DNA of 64,000 nucleotides from Trichoplax adhaerens (taxonomy: Eukaryota; Animalia; Placozoa). Under the pieces are notes generated by a model. That model was not told the DNA's origin. It saw only the letters and a program-made list of their open reading frames with translations, and did not search any database. Each line of letters starts with the position of its first letter. The first letter of the stretch is position 1. Location of the stretch: positions 739,562 through 803,561 of the forward strand of contig NW_002060946.1 of assembly GCF_000150275.1 (NCBI RefSeq). The letters are read 5' to 3'. The translations under genes were made by a program, and so were the position numbers. This document shows positions 14,601-29,000 of this stretch, piece by piece.

Positions 14601-17091
14601 CATCATATTACATGTCTAAGTTCTAAAGTTTTACTTATCGTAATCTATTATAAGGACCAGGAGTAAAATTACATTATTTCAAACATTTGAACCTTAGGAA
14701 GTATCTGACTTGAATGAAATTCGCCATCAGATCCTCTCTAGTCAAACTCTTGTTGACGAAAAGGAGCAAAAATTGAAAAAATTAGAAATATCACTCTTAA
14801 GTTTCCAGGTTAATTGAATTTGATAATATTTAGATATGCATTTGAGACGATAAATGCCTTTAGTCTAAGAAACTAATTCATTACTTCACAACACGGATTT
14901 TAAATCAGAATGAAGCAATTAATTGTAAATTTATTAGTCTAACTTAATTATATCGCGCTCAATTGATGTTTATATATCCATTTTATATATTTATTTTAAA
15001 GCAGAAACCAACTGACAGCGATTACGAGTCAAGAGGCGACATTCACTATGATGAGATATATCAACCAGAACTATTGCAATCTCATCCAAATAAAGGGAAG
15101 CATTCAGCTAAAGGGTATCGACAACGGTCTCCCAATCAAAGATTTATTCAACCCGAAACGTCAGAAGCTAGTAGTACTGAATTCGATTATCATGTACCTT
15201 CGTCGAATAAAAAAGAAAGTAAAAAGTATCGAGATCAGTTATTAATATCGTTGCAGTCAATCGATAGCAAGTTAAATCAGGTATTGGCCACAGCTCGATC
15301 TTATACTACACCGAAAGATAATACTCCAACTCACAGAAGATCCGCTATGTCATATTCATATTCTGCTGATGATGTAAAGCAAACTCCGAAAACAAGGTAA
15401 CAGATATTACGCTCATAAAACCTTGACTTGATACTATAGCCATGCTGAACGTAAGATGGATAAACCATTGTATGTCAAGTTAATAGTAGTACAGTGATAG
15501 TTTATTTCAAATCAAAAGAAATTTCAATTAAGTTAATAGATTTAAGAAGATACAGGCTGCACCCCTAATACGTACCGCCCATCTCGTGCGAGCATGCTTT
15601 ACTTTCTTATTTGGTTCATAATGTGCACTTAGTAGATAATACACAATACCATGAGGACTTCTTATCAATTAAGTATTTACTAGCAATATAAGTATAGTTA
15701 TTAGTTAATCTAACTATTACTTTAATGCTCCAATAGTGATCCTGTGGATATTTACCTACAAAGAAAATGGTACTCATATCTAAAAGGTAATGCGCAAACC
15801 AAACTTTATTAATTCATCAGCTAAATTATATTATTTAGACTTGTAGCTTGATAATCACCAATTATATCGTTGATACTTATTCGTCAATATATTTTGGCTA
15901 GGATCACACCATTTGCCCGGCGATAGTTCCAGGCCAAAATCGATTTACAACTTAGCTAGGTAAGCTGATGTACAGTAATAAACAATTTACCATTAATCTC
16001 ATATCTTAAAGTGTAACAGTAAATCTATCTTTATCTTTAGAAATATGATAATAAATTTCGTTCACATACTTTTTTAAACAATAGAGATACTTGGAAATCA
16101 TACCCTACCAGTGCCGGAATTTCCACTGCTAACAGCAGTACTTCAGAATTAGTCCAGATACATAATTCATGGTTAAAAGATTTTGAACGGCAGTCATATG
16201 CAATAAAATATAAGTAAGTTGACCGATTTATAGATTGATTGACTAAAAAACGTAGTTTTTACGACTATGCATAAAGTTATAATAGCTGCGATATTACTGT
16301 CTTTGAACTCAGTAAAGTTACCTGTCCGATTCAGTAATGAATTCGTATTTCTATTAATATCGCTACACTATAGACTCATGTCTGAGACGATTAGCTTTTA
16401 GTAAAGCAGTAATATAAGGAAGCAATGTCATATTATTTCTTACTGAAAAAGTTGCCTGGCGTCTTGTTATCATCGGAAACATTTTATTTCTTTAAAGTAT
16501 ACAGTGCGTACATATTTCAAGCCTACAGATTTGTATCGAAGTACAACAGAACATATACAGTATGATCTATGAATAAGTCAATATCAATACATACTATGAT
16601 TATGTTGAATAATTAAGGATAGAGTGTTTGAATTCAATTATGGATATTTATAAATATTCTGGTCGACCAATCGTTTCTATCTTTATATTAGCTATGATTA
16701 ATCAAGTAATTAATTCTACCGTATAAGCGGTGAAAGATCAGTTACAGTATCATCGTTATCAATCTGTTATCCATACACTTATCCAGGCTCTCTGCAATGT
16801 TCTTCACTTAATAATTTGGTAACGGTGGCTACGAATATCAGCGTCATATTATTCGTTTTTGCTATATACTGCTAACAGAATCGTTTATTATTCGGAGAAA
16901 GTTATTTATTAAATCTTGATATAACTTATATTTAATTTTAAATCTTTCTTTTTTTATATGGCGACAGCTATGGTGATGGTACTCGCTTAAATAAAACAGC
17001 GCCTGGTCCCGATACCATTAAGTACAACTCCAACAACTGGAATAAGCATTCGACGCCAGATAATACATTAAGATACCCTATCGAATTCTAA
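5650..17091 (+). CDS. CEP164: Centrosomal protein 164 (distal appendage protein; N-terminal WW domain plus long coiled coil), ~30 exons
   Basis: Exons 5650-5722, 6946-7057 and 7262-~7469 splice to [90 protein letters not shown], the diagnostic CEP164 N-terminus and WW domain. Many E/K/Q-rich coiled-coil exons follow (e.g. 9054-9315, 10100-10316, 10711-10830, 12638-12752, 14051-14143, 14698-14808). The last exon 16968-17091 is phase-compatible with the exon ending aa|gtaag at ~16212. The 3' exon set is less certain than the 5' set. Confidence 0.92.
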
Positions 17092-18935
17092 TTATTGATA
17101 AGCAAGCATTCTTAGCTTTTTAATGCCAAAATTATAAAATAAATATCCACTGATATGAATATTCTATCACAGAAAATTTACTACTAATTTAAAGTTCTAG
17201 CGTGCTTTTTAAAGTAGGACTTCCAACTGTACCTCAGCTCCAGCGATTTCATTTCAGTTGATCTCATCTACTGTACGAATCAACATAATACTGTAGCTAA
17301 AGTGCAAATATAACATTATTTGCGTGATTTAATAAATAGACATCGTTATTTATTTAGTAAAATTTTGAATCATGTTTCTTACTCAGCCTATACAAAAGCT
17401 CAAGACATTGTCAGCTCTGTTCATTGCTGATTTTTTTATTCATAAGCAATATTTTTAGGTGATTTTTAAATAATAGAGGTTATAAATATCAGCTTAAGCG
17501 GTTATGGAAGTAAATCGTACCAGCTCAATATATGATAAAAATGAAATGTACAATGCACTCTTTGCTTAAATAAAACTTTATAATTACAACAGCAAATAAT
17601 TTTAATGCTATATCATTTCAAGTTCCATTATGAAGGAAACGCATGCAGCGCTGTCTGATTAGATCACAGCAATAATCGAATATTTCTATCAATATATTAA
17701 TAAAAGGCATTTTTAACATAAATATTCGAAAGGAAGGTAATAGGATGCTCATAAATTATAATTACTGGTTGATCCACAATTCTAGCTAAGGGTACACCAC
17801 AAAAATCAAAGAAAATGAATAACGAATTCAATTTCAACTCTGACAACTCTCTAGCAATAATTGCAGATGAAATTTAAATTGTGTATACAGTCCAGTAATA
17901 AATTTTAAGTAATAGTTCTTATGTAGATTTAATCAAATTAGTAAATATGATTCAATAATACGAGATAATTTATGGTTAATACCGCAATCTGCCTAGTTAG
18001 ATAAAAAAAGGATACATGCCACAATCCTGATTCATACATCTATATCAAATACGCGAATTTTAAAGGTGCAACAATCATTCCTTATGAAATGTGAATTCAT
18101 CCTCTATCAACTATAGCAATAAAATCTAACAAAAATAGCTCTACAATTGCATTTTATAAGCAGATTATTAACTATTCGCACAGTGATAAGAATTTACGTA
18201 TATTTGTTTGAGGAAAATCAGAATGTGTTTATCTATATACGGTAATACAAGTGTTTCGGAAGACTAAATAATTTTGCTAAATCTACGCCATCTAGCACAC
18301 TTTTACAACCATGAAAAGTATTATGAACGAATATGTCCAAGACTGTGAATGGTCTGTAATATTCACATTATCCAGTTAATGTTTTATACAATTTTACTGT
18401 ACAGGAACGTATTTATAATGCTTGATCTATCAAAGCAGCATATTTTCTGAATTAAAATTTAATCGCGAAGCTAGGATATTTGCACAGGTTGTTCTGGCAT
18501 GAGAAACTCTTCAGCGGTGAAAACAGTAGTTTTAAAGCATTCGTAAGCAACCTCACTTGACTTCTAAATTGCTAAGTATATCTAATAAATATTTAAGCAA
18601 ATAAAAAAATAATAACAATCAATACTTAATTGCAGTATTTAATAATTTCGATAAATAATTTACAAATAGCAATTAAAGACGAGACCGCTGTATATTGGAT
18701 TTTAATATAAAATTAACATCAACACATATAGATATTCAATGAGATCACTCCTGTTCTAAACTAATACAACGGTAGCACAGTGTAAAAAATTGCATGAAGA
18801 GATCGCTTTTATTTATGTTGAAGATTCATAATTTCGTTGATATCTTGCAACAGTAGCGAGATCATGAATATTGCTAGTGGCATTAGCAATAGAGTATGAT
18901 CAGCTAATGATAGCATATTTTGATTAGAACATTAC

Positions 18936-21900
18936 CTGCAGTTCCTAAAGATGGCATAATTTTCTTATGCCTAGATACAAGTTGTTCAATAGCAACATAT
19001 CGCACCTCTACTTGTTGCAAAAGCCAATCTTTTTGTACCAAACAATCAACAAGTTCAGTTGAAGTCTCTAATCCAATAAACATACACAATGTAGTTTTTG
19101 CATTAATTAAAGCACTGCTAAAAGCCTATTTTATTCAGAACGAACAGATTTCTAAACTTCTTTAATAAATAAATTATTAATAATGTACGTCATTTTATAA
19201 CAATCTTATTGACGAAGAAATTGTGGAGAAACATACTATTACAATTTTCCTAATTTTTTAGCAAAGGTGATCAGAAATAATCTAAAATTGCATACCGTCT
19301 ATTTTATTGTCTTTAATCAATTCATGCATAATTAGTAACAAAATTCACTAATTTCATAAAGCCTCCTTAAGCAGGTTACTTCTTCTTTCTAGAATAGTAT
19401 TTTATTGTCTTTATAATACCATTCTACCGTTATTTCTGTTAGCAGATTTCATATACAGTAATGTAATGGCATCGGTTAACATTTAAAATTGACAATGGCA
19501 CAGTACTTTCATCTTTTCAATTCAAGTTATTGTACCGCTAACAGAAGCGTACACTAACTACTGTAAACAAATAATGAAAACATAAGATTCCATTCATACC
19601 GGAAAAAAAAATCAATCACGATCAACTAAGAACATTAAATTAAATTATCTTACGCTTTATCTGCTCCTTTAAACTTCCATACAATTGTGATAATTTCTCT
19701 TTAGACATTTCTTCCACTATTCAATTCAACATACAAAATAAAAGGTCCAATGATTACTTTATATGAAATAGATTCGTAGCAATAGATTATATAACATCTT
19801 TCCAAGAACTTAATTCCAGTCTTTCCACTAGATATAATTCTAGTTTAAGGCAGTTTATAGGAAGCAATTTTAATATAGTTTAGTTTATAAGGGACTAGAA
19901 TTAAAATTGTATTATTCGGATACCAAATTTTAGTAATGAATTGTTAAAACTGTTATTAATATACGGGATTTAGATCTTTGGTTGGTGATATTAGTGATTC
20001 GGAGAGAAAATGATTGCTTAAAACGAAAAATATATGTAATACGACGCATTTTTCTCCAACTCTAAATTTATGTCGAAAAGGTAAGTCAAACTTTTAAAGC
20101 TATCAATTTACAGTTAATAGATCTCTTGACTAAGCAGCGTCCGTTTTACCTCACAAATCATTCTTATTAAAAGGATTGACTACATATCGTTTAGTGACTA
20201 TTTAATACAAAATATAACTATGAATGCTATCAATCAATCAATAAGAAAAATTTTTAATAAGTTATAATCTTTCAGTAATTGTATATCATTCTATCTTATC
20301 CATTTGCTATTTTAATCTTTCTATTTAAACATTGATATCATCATGACCAGGCAATATTTAAATAATTTTAAAATAAATGAAGCTGCTGAGCAGAATAAGA
20401 TATTGTACCTAAGATTAGAATCCCTAGTAGTACACGAATATACAATATCTCATGTCTATACATAAGCATAATTCCTAATTTTGATAACAAATAATTACAT
20501 AATCATACAGAGTCAAAGTCTGAAGATTCTACTTATTAAGAATCGAATAGTAGAACCAAATGAATTCTGAATTTAACCGTTCATATCCTATTCCCTATTG
20601 TGAGTAAATAAGTAATTTCAGGAATACTATAACAATCGCCACGTTATGAGAAGGGAAAAAGTAATAAATACAACCTTCAGCTTCTATTGGGTTGTTTAAG
20701 ACTTTCTAAATTTAAGCTACATTTCATTAGTAGAATCCTGTTTTATTAAACCCGTACTGCAAATTTGAAAGTATGTATATATATTTCACTTCGCTGATAT
20801 ATGGAATGAAATGACTAAAAGTAGTAATATACGCGTACAATGATTATAATTCAGAAAAATAATGTTCACCTAGTTATGGATGAATTTTACTAGCTACAGC
20901 TAATTCTATAATCAAGCCAGACCCAAAATAATATATATGTAGTCATTAAAGTATAGATTCATAGAAATCACTAAGTTGATGACCGAGGCCGTTTGCCAAA
21001 TAGTGTACCTCAATCGATTTTATTTGTTTATTAGTCGTTTCTGGTTAATATCTTGCCTATCAAATATACAACTTTCTGCACTTGTACCTTGTGCTAAACT
21101 ACCGTTAATACTTTAAACCATTGCCATCGAAATATGCATCCCAGAGGATACAGAATGTAAATAGTAGATCAATTGAAATACTTTTCATCTACACAGAAGG
21201 ATAATTTTACACTGCTATAAAGTGGATTAAATTTAAGGTAACGTACGCCGGGGTTACTATGCAGAAAATGATACAAGGTAACGAATACACAATACAGTAC
21301 TTATACATCTGTCATATTCCTGATTGAAAGCAATATTCTAAAGATCGATATGATTTTTTAAATTTTACAACCTGCTAGGAGATATTATTCTTAGATTACA
21401 GTACAGTACTTTCCTTCAAATCAGAATCAGTATTGCTACATACTGAATGCCAATTATAAATATCCCTTTAGCCTTATTATGATCGACTATCACATGGAAT
21501 AAATAATTTGTAGTGAACAACTTGTAACAGATCTGTAATCACGCTTTGCTCTTTCTATGCTACTATAAAAACCATCACTTATACACTTGCTCGGTACAGT
21601 TAAGGAAATTGGAGATAAAAATGAATACTGCAGTACAGGCTATCAAGCAGTTTAGTATTACATGTGCGTGGTAAAAATTTCGTAATAGAAAATGAAAACA
21701 GAAATAGAAATTAACTATCGAAAAATTATGATCAATTTATTCATTTTTATAACATTTGACTTACACTGACAGCGACTAAAACTGCCGTAATCTTTCTTGA
21801 TATTAATATTATATTTGAATGGTCCAAGATCAGATAAATCGACATTGCTACCGTCTAAGCTAGTATCGCGACTAATTTTACCAGTTGCAGATGGGCTACC

Positions 21901-22377
21901 GCATTTGTCAGGCCTAAAACTACTACCGACAATATTGTCATCACTACAATTTGCTCCAGTTGATAACAAGTTACTTTGTGATGAAGTAAGTTGGTCACTT
22001 TCTGATTGGGTACGTTGTGGACATTGAGTATAACCGCCAATTTCAGTTTCTTTACCTAATGTTAGCATTGATTTTAATTTGTCACGTATAGAAGTTAAGC
22101 TATAATAACTATTACTATCAACTTGACGGTTAGCAAGATTGTCTATATTTTTATCGTCGACTGATGTTAATGAAGCCGAAGTTTGCTTTGCAATTGCATG
22201 CCATTTCTCGAAACACCGGGAGTGTCCAACCACAGTAGACGAATGATAGTAACCTAACTGATTGTCCAATTTGCTACAAATTGGACAAGTGATTAGATCG
22301 TGATCGTCTCCATAGCCATGACATATATAGCATTCACTGGATTTTAAATTGATTGTCTCAAATTCATCATGGGCCAT
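18936..22377 (-). CDS. Uncharacterised protein: N-terminal C4-H-C zinc-finger-like motif, Ser-rich linker, C-terminal SCHIP1/FEZ-like coiled coil; 3' end uncertain
   Basis: Exon 22377-21765 (613 nt, donor cagt|gtaagt), exon 19716-19654 and exon 19067-18936 are all phase 1 and join in frame: ...CYICHGYGDDHDLITCPIC...HSRCFEKW...SFSRCQ-LEEMSKEKLSQLYGSLKEQIK-QTSTELVDCLVQKDWLLQQVEVRYVAIEQLVSRHKK. The terminal exon was not identified; a read-through stop lies at 18904. Confidence 0.7.
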
Positions 22378-24063
22378 TATGGCATAAAGTTGTTTTTCTC
22401 CAAATACGCGATAAAATTTAGTTTATTCCAATGGAAAATATTCGACGTTAACAATATCGAATGATCAATAAATACCAGAGAAACCAAGCCAAATTTCACC
22501 TTTCAAAAATTTGTTATTCCTGCAATCGGGCGACAACATTAAATTAGATGGGAAGAGAAGAGAAAAGTTCACAATTAATTGGAGAATGATCAATTAATAC
22601 CGATCGCTATGAAAATTTATTCAACATACGACAGAGTGGAATAAGATGGAGTAACAATGCTAATTATAATGAAAAATAATGACGTGTAATTCTGTTCAAT
22701 CATACTGTATGATGGCATACAGGAACGATCGTGAATAATCATTTACCGTCGTAATTCTTCTTTTTAGCGTAGAATATCAAATATTAGAACTAAACTGTTT
22801 GTTGAATGCTAAAAATGAATACTACAGTATTAATTCTAAATTTATTAACATAATATGGACCTGTAAAATTCAGATGTGACTTAAATAATTATAACATTCG
22901 CAATAATAAAGATGGCTCTTAACAGTAAACACATTAACGTGCAGATTTTGTAATAGCCAATCAATCATGGGTTATGCATATACGTCGAATAATTTACCGT
23001 AGACATAATCGATTCAATAGTACAGGTGGTACGTTAAATTCTAACCATAGACGTCAAAAAATAAATCTAATGTTATCTGTATAACACGCACAGAAAATGC
23101 GAAGGATACTGCGTACAGTTTACAGTAACAGTAGTTGACAATATTTGTTTGATCCATTTATGATGGTCAAGGTCAATCAATGTTAACGTGATAGTCGTTA
23201 ATTTTTTTTGAAGTAATAAACTGCTGTAGTTATCATCTAATGGCTACTGTATTTAAAATTGAGATGGCGATTGGATAATGGAAATAATTCGGTCATGATG
23301 TCATCCATCCAACGATTCCATGACAATAGTAACGTATTTCAATACGAGCATATTGTGATTACTGTAAGATTTACGTGCGCTATATTACGTCAAATATCTT
23401 CAACATATGGCACAAGATAGATGGTCACTTGATCTGTTTTAAAGTATTATGATTGATTGATTGATATGGTTGATTGATGCAGTTTTTCAATCTAGTACTG
23501 TGATGTACAGTACAGTATAAATTGCCATGATAACATCGTTTTTATTGAAAAGGATGTTACTCTTTTCCTAGTCATCTGTCCTTGGGGTATGCCGACTGAA
23601 ACAAGAGTTGTATCGTAAGCTTGGTACTCAGTATAAATCAACTTGATTCTAGGCGGTCGTAGTCCATTTCACTAAAGCAAGCTAAACAATTTTAATTCAT
23701 ATGTTTGAGTAACGCAGTTTTAAATCCAGTTGATATGACTATCCTGTAATTTTAAATTGCAATGAAAACATCGTTCTCGTTGTAAAATTCAGTCAGTATT
23801 TTCTTAGTCCACTTTAATTTTAGCTCATTCATACTCTGGTATTACTTCTAAGCACGAGTTAATATACCGACTGAAACAGGAGTTGCATGGAGAGTGTACT
23901 GTATAGAAGTGTACTATATAGTCAGCTTGACACTCATCATCAACTTGATAATAGCTGGCGTAATCTATTTTAAATAGTAGAAACAAGTTAAACAATTTAA
24001 CTAGTCAGAAAGCAGTACTTTGTTTCCCTATTTTATGCCAGTATATTCTACTGTAAAACGATA

Positions 24064-24334
24064 TTGTTGTTCCGTTATCCATAGCAAATTACTCTATGAT
24101 AGTATAGTAAAACGACAGCAACTAAGGATAGAACTGAGCTAGCTAACGATTGGATTTTTCACTTGAAACGATGGCGAACTTTGGGTCCTTTGACAGAATT
24201 GTTGTTCCGTTATCCATAGCAAATTACTCTATGATAGTATAGTAAAATGGCAGCAACTAAGGATAGAACTGAACTAGCTAACGGTTGGATTTTTCACTTG
24301 AAACGATGGCGAACTTTGGGTCCTTTGACAGAAT
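24064..24334. repeat. Near-perfect 135-bp direct tandem duplication (2 copies)
   Basis: ttgttgttccgttatccatagc...gggtcctttgacagaat starts at 24064 and again at 24199, with only a few substitutions. Confidence 0.95.
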
Positions 24335-26093
24335 CCTGTCAGTGAATTTCAATGTCGACCACCGTATTTCGCTATTATATAGGCAGAATAAGCTGTTTCT
24401 AACCGGATAAAATATCCTAGAAGGCAACTACTATTTCAAAACTATCATAGTACTTACATTTGAAGCAGATTTTCAGTAGTTTTTCGTCAGTCATGACTAG
24501 AAGCAGCGTTGTTTTTTTACGACTTTAAGCCGCCATGTCTAAAAGACATGCTACGTAGATTCAGTTGTTGGCCACCGGTCAGGCCTGGATGAATGACCTG
24601 CGGTATGCGGTACATTACAGAGATATACTGTACACTGTACAATACGTACAGTACAGTGCAGTACAGTATGATGCAGTTCACAAAGTGTACCGCTGTAGAT
24701 CCCATCGAATCCCTCGGGGATTATCTTGCTTAATTGCCAATATAATTTACACTTTAAAACTCTGAAAATCAGAATGAAGTCTATTTATTTTAATAGATAC
24801 CGCTTTATATAAAGAGTAAAGAAGCAAGAAGTATTCTACTTCAAAGAAAAATATGATACTCGAAAAATATTCCAAAATCAGCTTTCGGTATTACACAGCA
24901 CTGTAGAGGCCCGCGATAGTAATTTACCATCGGTTTTTACGTCAAAACATACAACATTTTATTCAAATGAGGAGCATTTAAACGTCTATAAGTACCGTTA
25001 ATGATTCAATATTGGTTACTTTTAGAGTCAAACAAACACAAAAGTATAGAGATTTATATCGGATTTCAGTAACTTTGCAAAATAATATTTTGACAAGGTT
25101 GTCAGGTCAAGCGCATACGCGTATGTGGATAAATACCAAATTGGACTATAACTCAATGTTTAAAATCTAACGAAATGATATACCCTTATCGACATCATCC
25201 TATACAGTGGAAAATGCTACTACAAATGATATAACTTTCATCTTCAAGATCTGTATTACGCTGTTTAAAATTGAGGTTTCGAGTCGTTACAAAATGAATG
25301 AAATTCATCAATCGCTGCTATCCTAAAAATGTTTTGTAGCTCCAGTAACACTTCTTGTTAATCAAACTACATATTGAGACCATTATAGGATTATACCAGA
25401 CATTATAGCTAATATCTTGAATATTATTTTGACGTAGTTACTCTTAAAAATTAAACTTCTATCGTTCAATTCGCTTTTTTCCAATATATGATATCAATAA
25501 AATGGAAGAAATTTGCGAGATTTGAATATCATTTCGGGAATTGTTCAACCTTGGGATTGACCATAACAGTTTTGTATGTAGTTGCCCTAACTGTGATATT
25601 ATCTCATTTTACAGTAGAGAATTGTAATTTTATTCTGAATGTAAATTAGAGAAATTAAAACTGCTTGCTATATGCGGTTTGCAATTTAAGACCTGCATTT
25701 CATTAACCATAGTTATAAACTCTCATATCTTATTAAGCTGCCACAAGGATCACCAGTGAACATTCGATATGATCAAAATATCATTTCCTTTAAATAATTT
25801 AGGTATATTTCAATTTATTCATAGTATTATAAGATTATACTAGGGAAAGTAGCAGCATACATACTTAAATATTACTAAGATTAAAATTACACAGATGTAA
25901 TACCTAACATCACTTTGATTCTCTACCTTGAACTTCATTACTAATTTAATTAAATTTATCAGATGTATATCCATATGAAGGTCAGCTATGTGAGACATCG
26001 TGAAGATAGCCCGAGTAGGGCCAAATTACGTCCCCATTGGGGCAATATTTGAGTTTTGGTAACTCATTTAAAGCCCTAAGTGACGTAAAATGA

Positions 26094-29000
26094 TTATGCA
26101 TTGATGCGATAAATTCTATCCTTGGAATAAATACTTTGAGGTCCATCAATAGCTGGCTTTACGGTGTAGGATTGTTCTTGAATGCAATAGATGAAAAAAT
26201 TGCTTACATTATCAATATAGATCATTTAAATCTGTAATAGATTATTTATAATTCTACCGCCTAATATCAAATCTGGTTTGCTTTGGCAAGCTCATGGCAA
26301 GATCGAATCATAATATTAATCTCCAAAGTTCTAAACTACCTGCGCATTTTGAGACTGCAAATCCTAGCATTGAATTAACTCGATCAAATGTGACAGAGAA
26401 TCCTTTCATAACAACATCTCCCAAGATGATACCTACAGTATTGCGAGATAATTTGACTGGCATCAATTGAGAAATACAGCAAAGCTGTAAGCAATTCTAA
26501 GCTAATCTCTGTGTAATCAGATATATTTCATGATAGGTATTACCAAATGCACCAGAAGTCCCTGCTATGCCAAAATGATAGCACGGTTTTCCATGGCGTT
26601 CTTTTCCAGATAAGATGAAATATTGCTATTTAAAATAAATGTTCCAGTTACTAATACATACAAGTAGAATGAATTGCTACATTAATTTCCAGCGATTGGT
26701 CTTTGTGATAAATTTATCTCTAATTAATCAAAGCTGTAAAACGATTGCTCACAATTGAATAATGGGACCGAAGCTATTCTACTTTCACTAATTATATCAA
26801 ATAACACACGAAAAGTATTACTAATAATTGTTGATTATCACCAAGTACAGTATAAGGATTGATCTTATTCTTACTATGACTACCATAGGATTCATTACTG
26901 TCATATGGAAACGAAAAATATCATCACTATTGATAGCTAATTTCCAAGTATAAGGATTTATCCTATTTTTATGAATACTACAGCTACTGTAAGATAGCCG
27001 TACGAGTGCATAAAATAGCATTAATAAAAACTATAACGTCATTACATACTGTGCGCTATAAGGGATTATTTTAATTTTGGCAATAGTATGGCTGTTGACT
27101 GTTTCCAGCAATTTGCATAAGCATTTTACGAATTGCTTAGGCATGAATCATGACTATGATACGAAATGTCATCACATTTTAGTAATACAATGCTATGAAA
27201 AAAGTATGCTAATATGTAGTATTAGTATTAAAACTCAATTATGATTTAACATACCGATACGTAACATATCACACTTTTAGCCATATTTATGATTACTCGT
27301 ATGTAAAGATTATCTCTAGCAGTAACACCTGCTAAAACTGATTATATTACGGACGACAATATACGTTTACAGTAGGCTATCATACAAGTTTTCCAGGTAT
27401 TGCTGCAGAGTACACAGTAACTAAGCAACATCTATGCAATCATCTCATAATTAATCTGTTGTAATATCCCCTTACCATAGGCGAAAGAACTAATGTAAAT
27501 TGTCGTGGTGTCTTGAAATTAGTTTTCTCGAAGGATGCCAATCGTATAGATAGGCGAATAGTTGGAAAACGATGTTGTAACAATTGCGATTCTTCCATAC
27601 ATACTGCATGACCCCGATAGAAAAAACCATGCGAGAAAACCGATCGATCCTAATAAGAATTTAATTATTGGAACGACATCGTCGTGGTTCTCGCAGATCA
27701 ATGAACTTAACGAATCAAATACTGTAAGACATAAGTAAACGCAATATCATAAATACCTGAATGGAACGAAGAAAGATTGGCATTAATCGTTTATACATAA
27801 AAGGAGGAAAGCGGAGTATAGATGTTCCACTATCGACCAAGGCAGGATAATGCATGTACTAATGTCAATACGTGTGTAAAGTAACTTATATTTTAGCAAG
27901 TAATTAAAGGTATGGCATAAAACATGTTAAATTATAGTAGTTTCTCCTTTTGCAAGGATCGATTGATATAAACATTAGACTATACGGTAAGTAAGGAAAA
28001 CCGTACGGTATAGAACTGAAACGATTTTTTACTAAAATACATCATAAATATTTGATATCTGTTCGTATCTTATATCGCTAATTTTAATTATTAATAACAA
28101 TTTATTTCGTATTTTGGCACAAGTATGATACCTTGAAGATAAAATAGTATGGCAAAAATAAGAAAGGCACAAAAATAAGTAGTATCTTACATTCACAGCA
28201 AACAGGAAACTAGTATCGACTTATTACAAATTGCCGGGTAAAATACCCAACTTAGGTGATATACATCTCTGCGCATAAAGCATATCCTGATGTTCACTTA
28301 CATCATATGGTGAAAATCCAATGGATTGCCCATCAACTAATACATTTGTTAATTGAAACTGGTAATAATACTTTTCCACGATAGGTGTATAAAAGACAGG
28401 TCCAGCAAGTAAATTATTATCGATTCCGCCTAAAGTCTAGAACATCATTTATTAAGAAATCCTATTAAAATCTATATTCTATCTAAAGCTGCTAGAAGAA
28501 AATTTGATTGAAATGCCTGATTTAGCATACGAGATATCACGATACCGGATGTATGTATAAAGTTGCTAAATATCTTTTACATTTAAAAAAGTAATGATCT
28601 TCACATCCTAAGAGTCAAATTTTAAAATTTCTACTAATGTTATATACTTTAAAAAGAAGCTTATTTCAAAATGCATTTTAGTGCACGGAAAACGTTGTGT
28701 TGGCAACAAATTTTTCAAAGCAATAATTCAAATTAAGGAATTTTCATACACAAAGTTATATAATACAATGTACGATAATCATTACGCCATGTCATTTGGC
28801 ATCACCTTTCAATATAACAATATTGATCGATAAAATGAAGCTCATCACTAACCATAAATCCACCACCAGTGATATATTGATTGCCGAATAGATCCTTTCT
28901 CATCTTGCTAGCACAATAGGTTAAAGTAAATATATCACGAATACCAGCTTGTTGAACAATTTCATTAAAGACTGGTTTTTGATAGAAATTTCCTTGCTGA

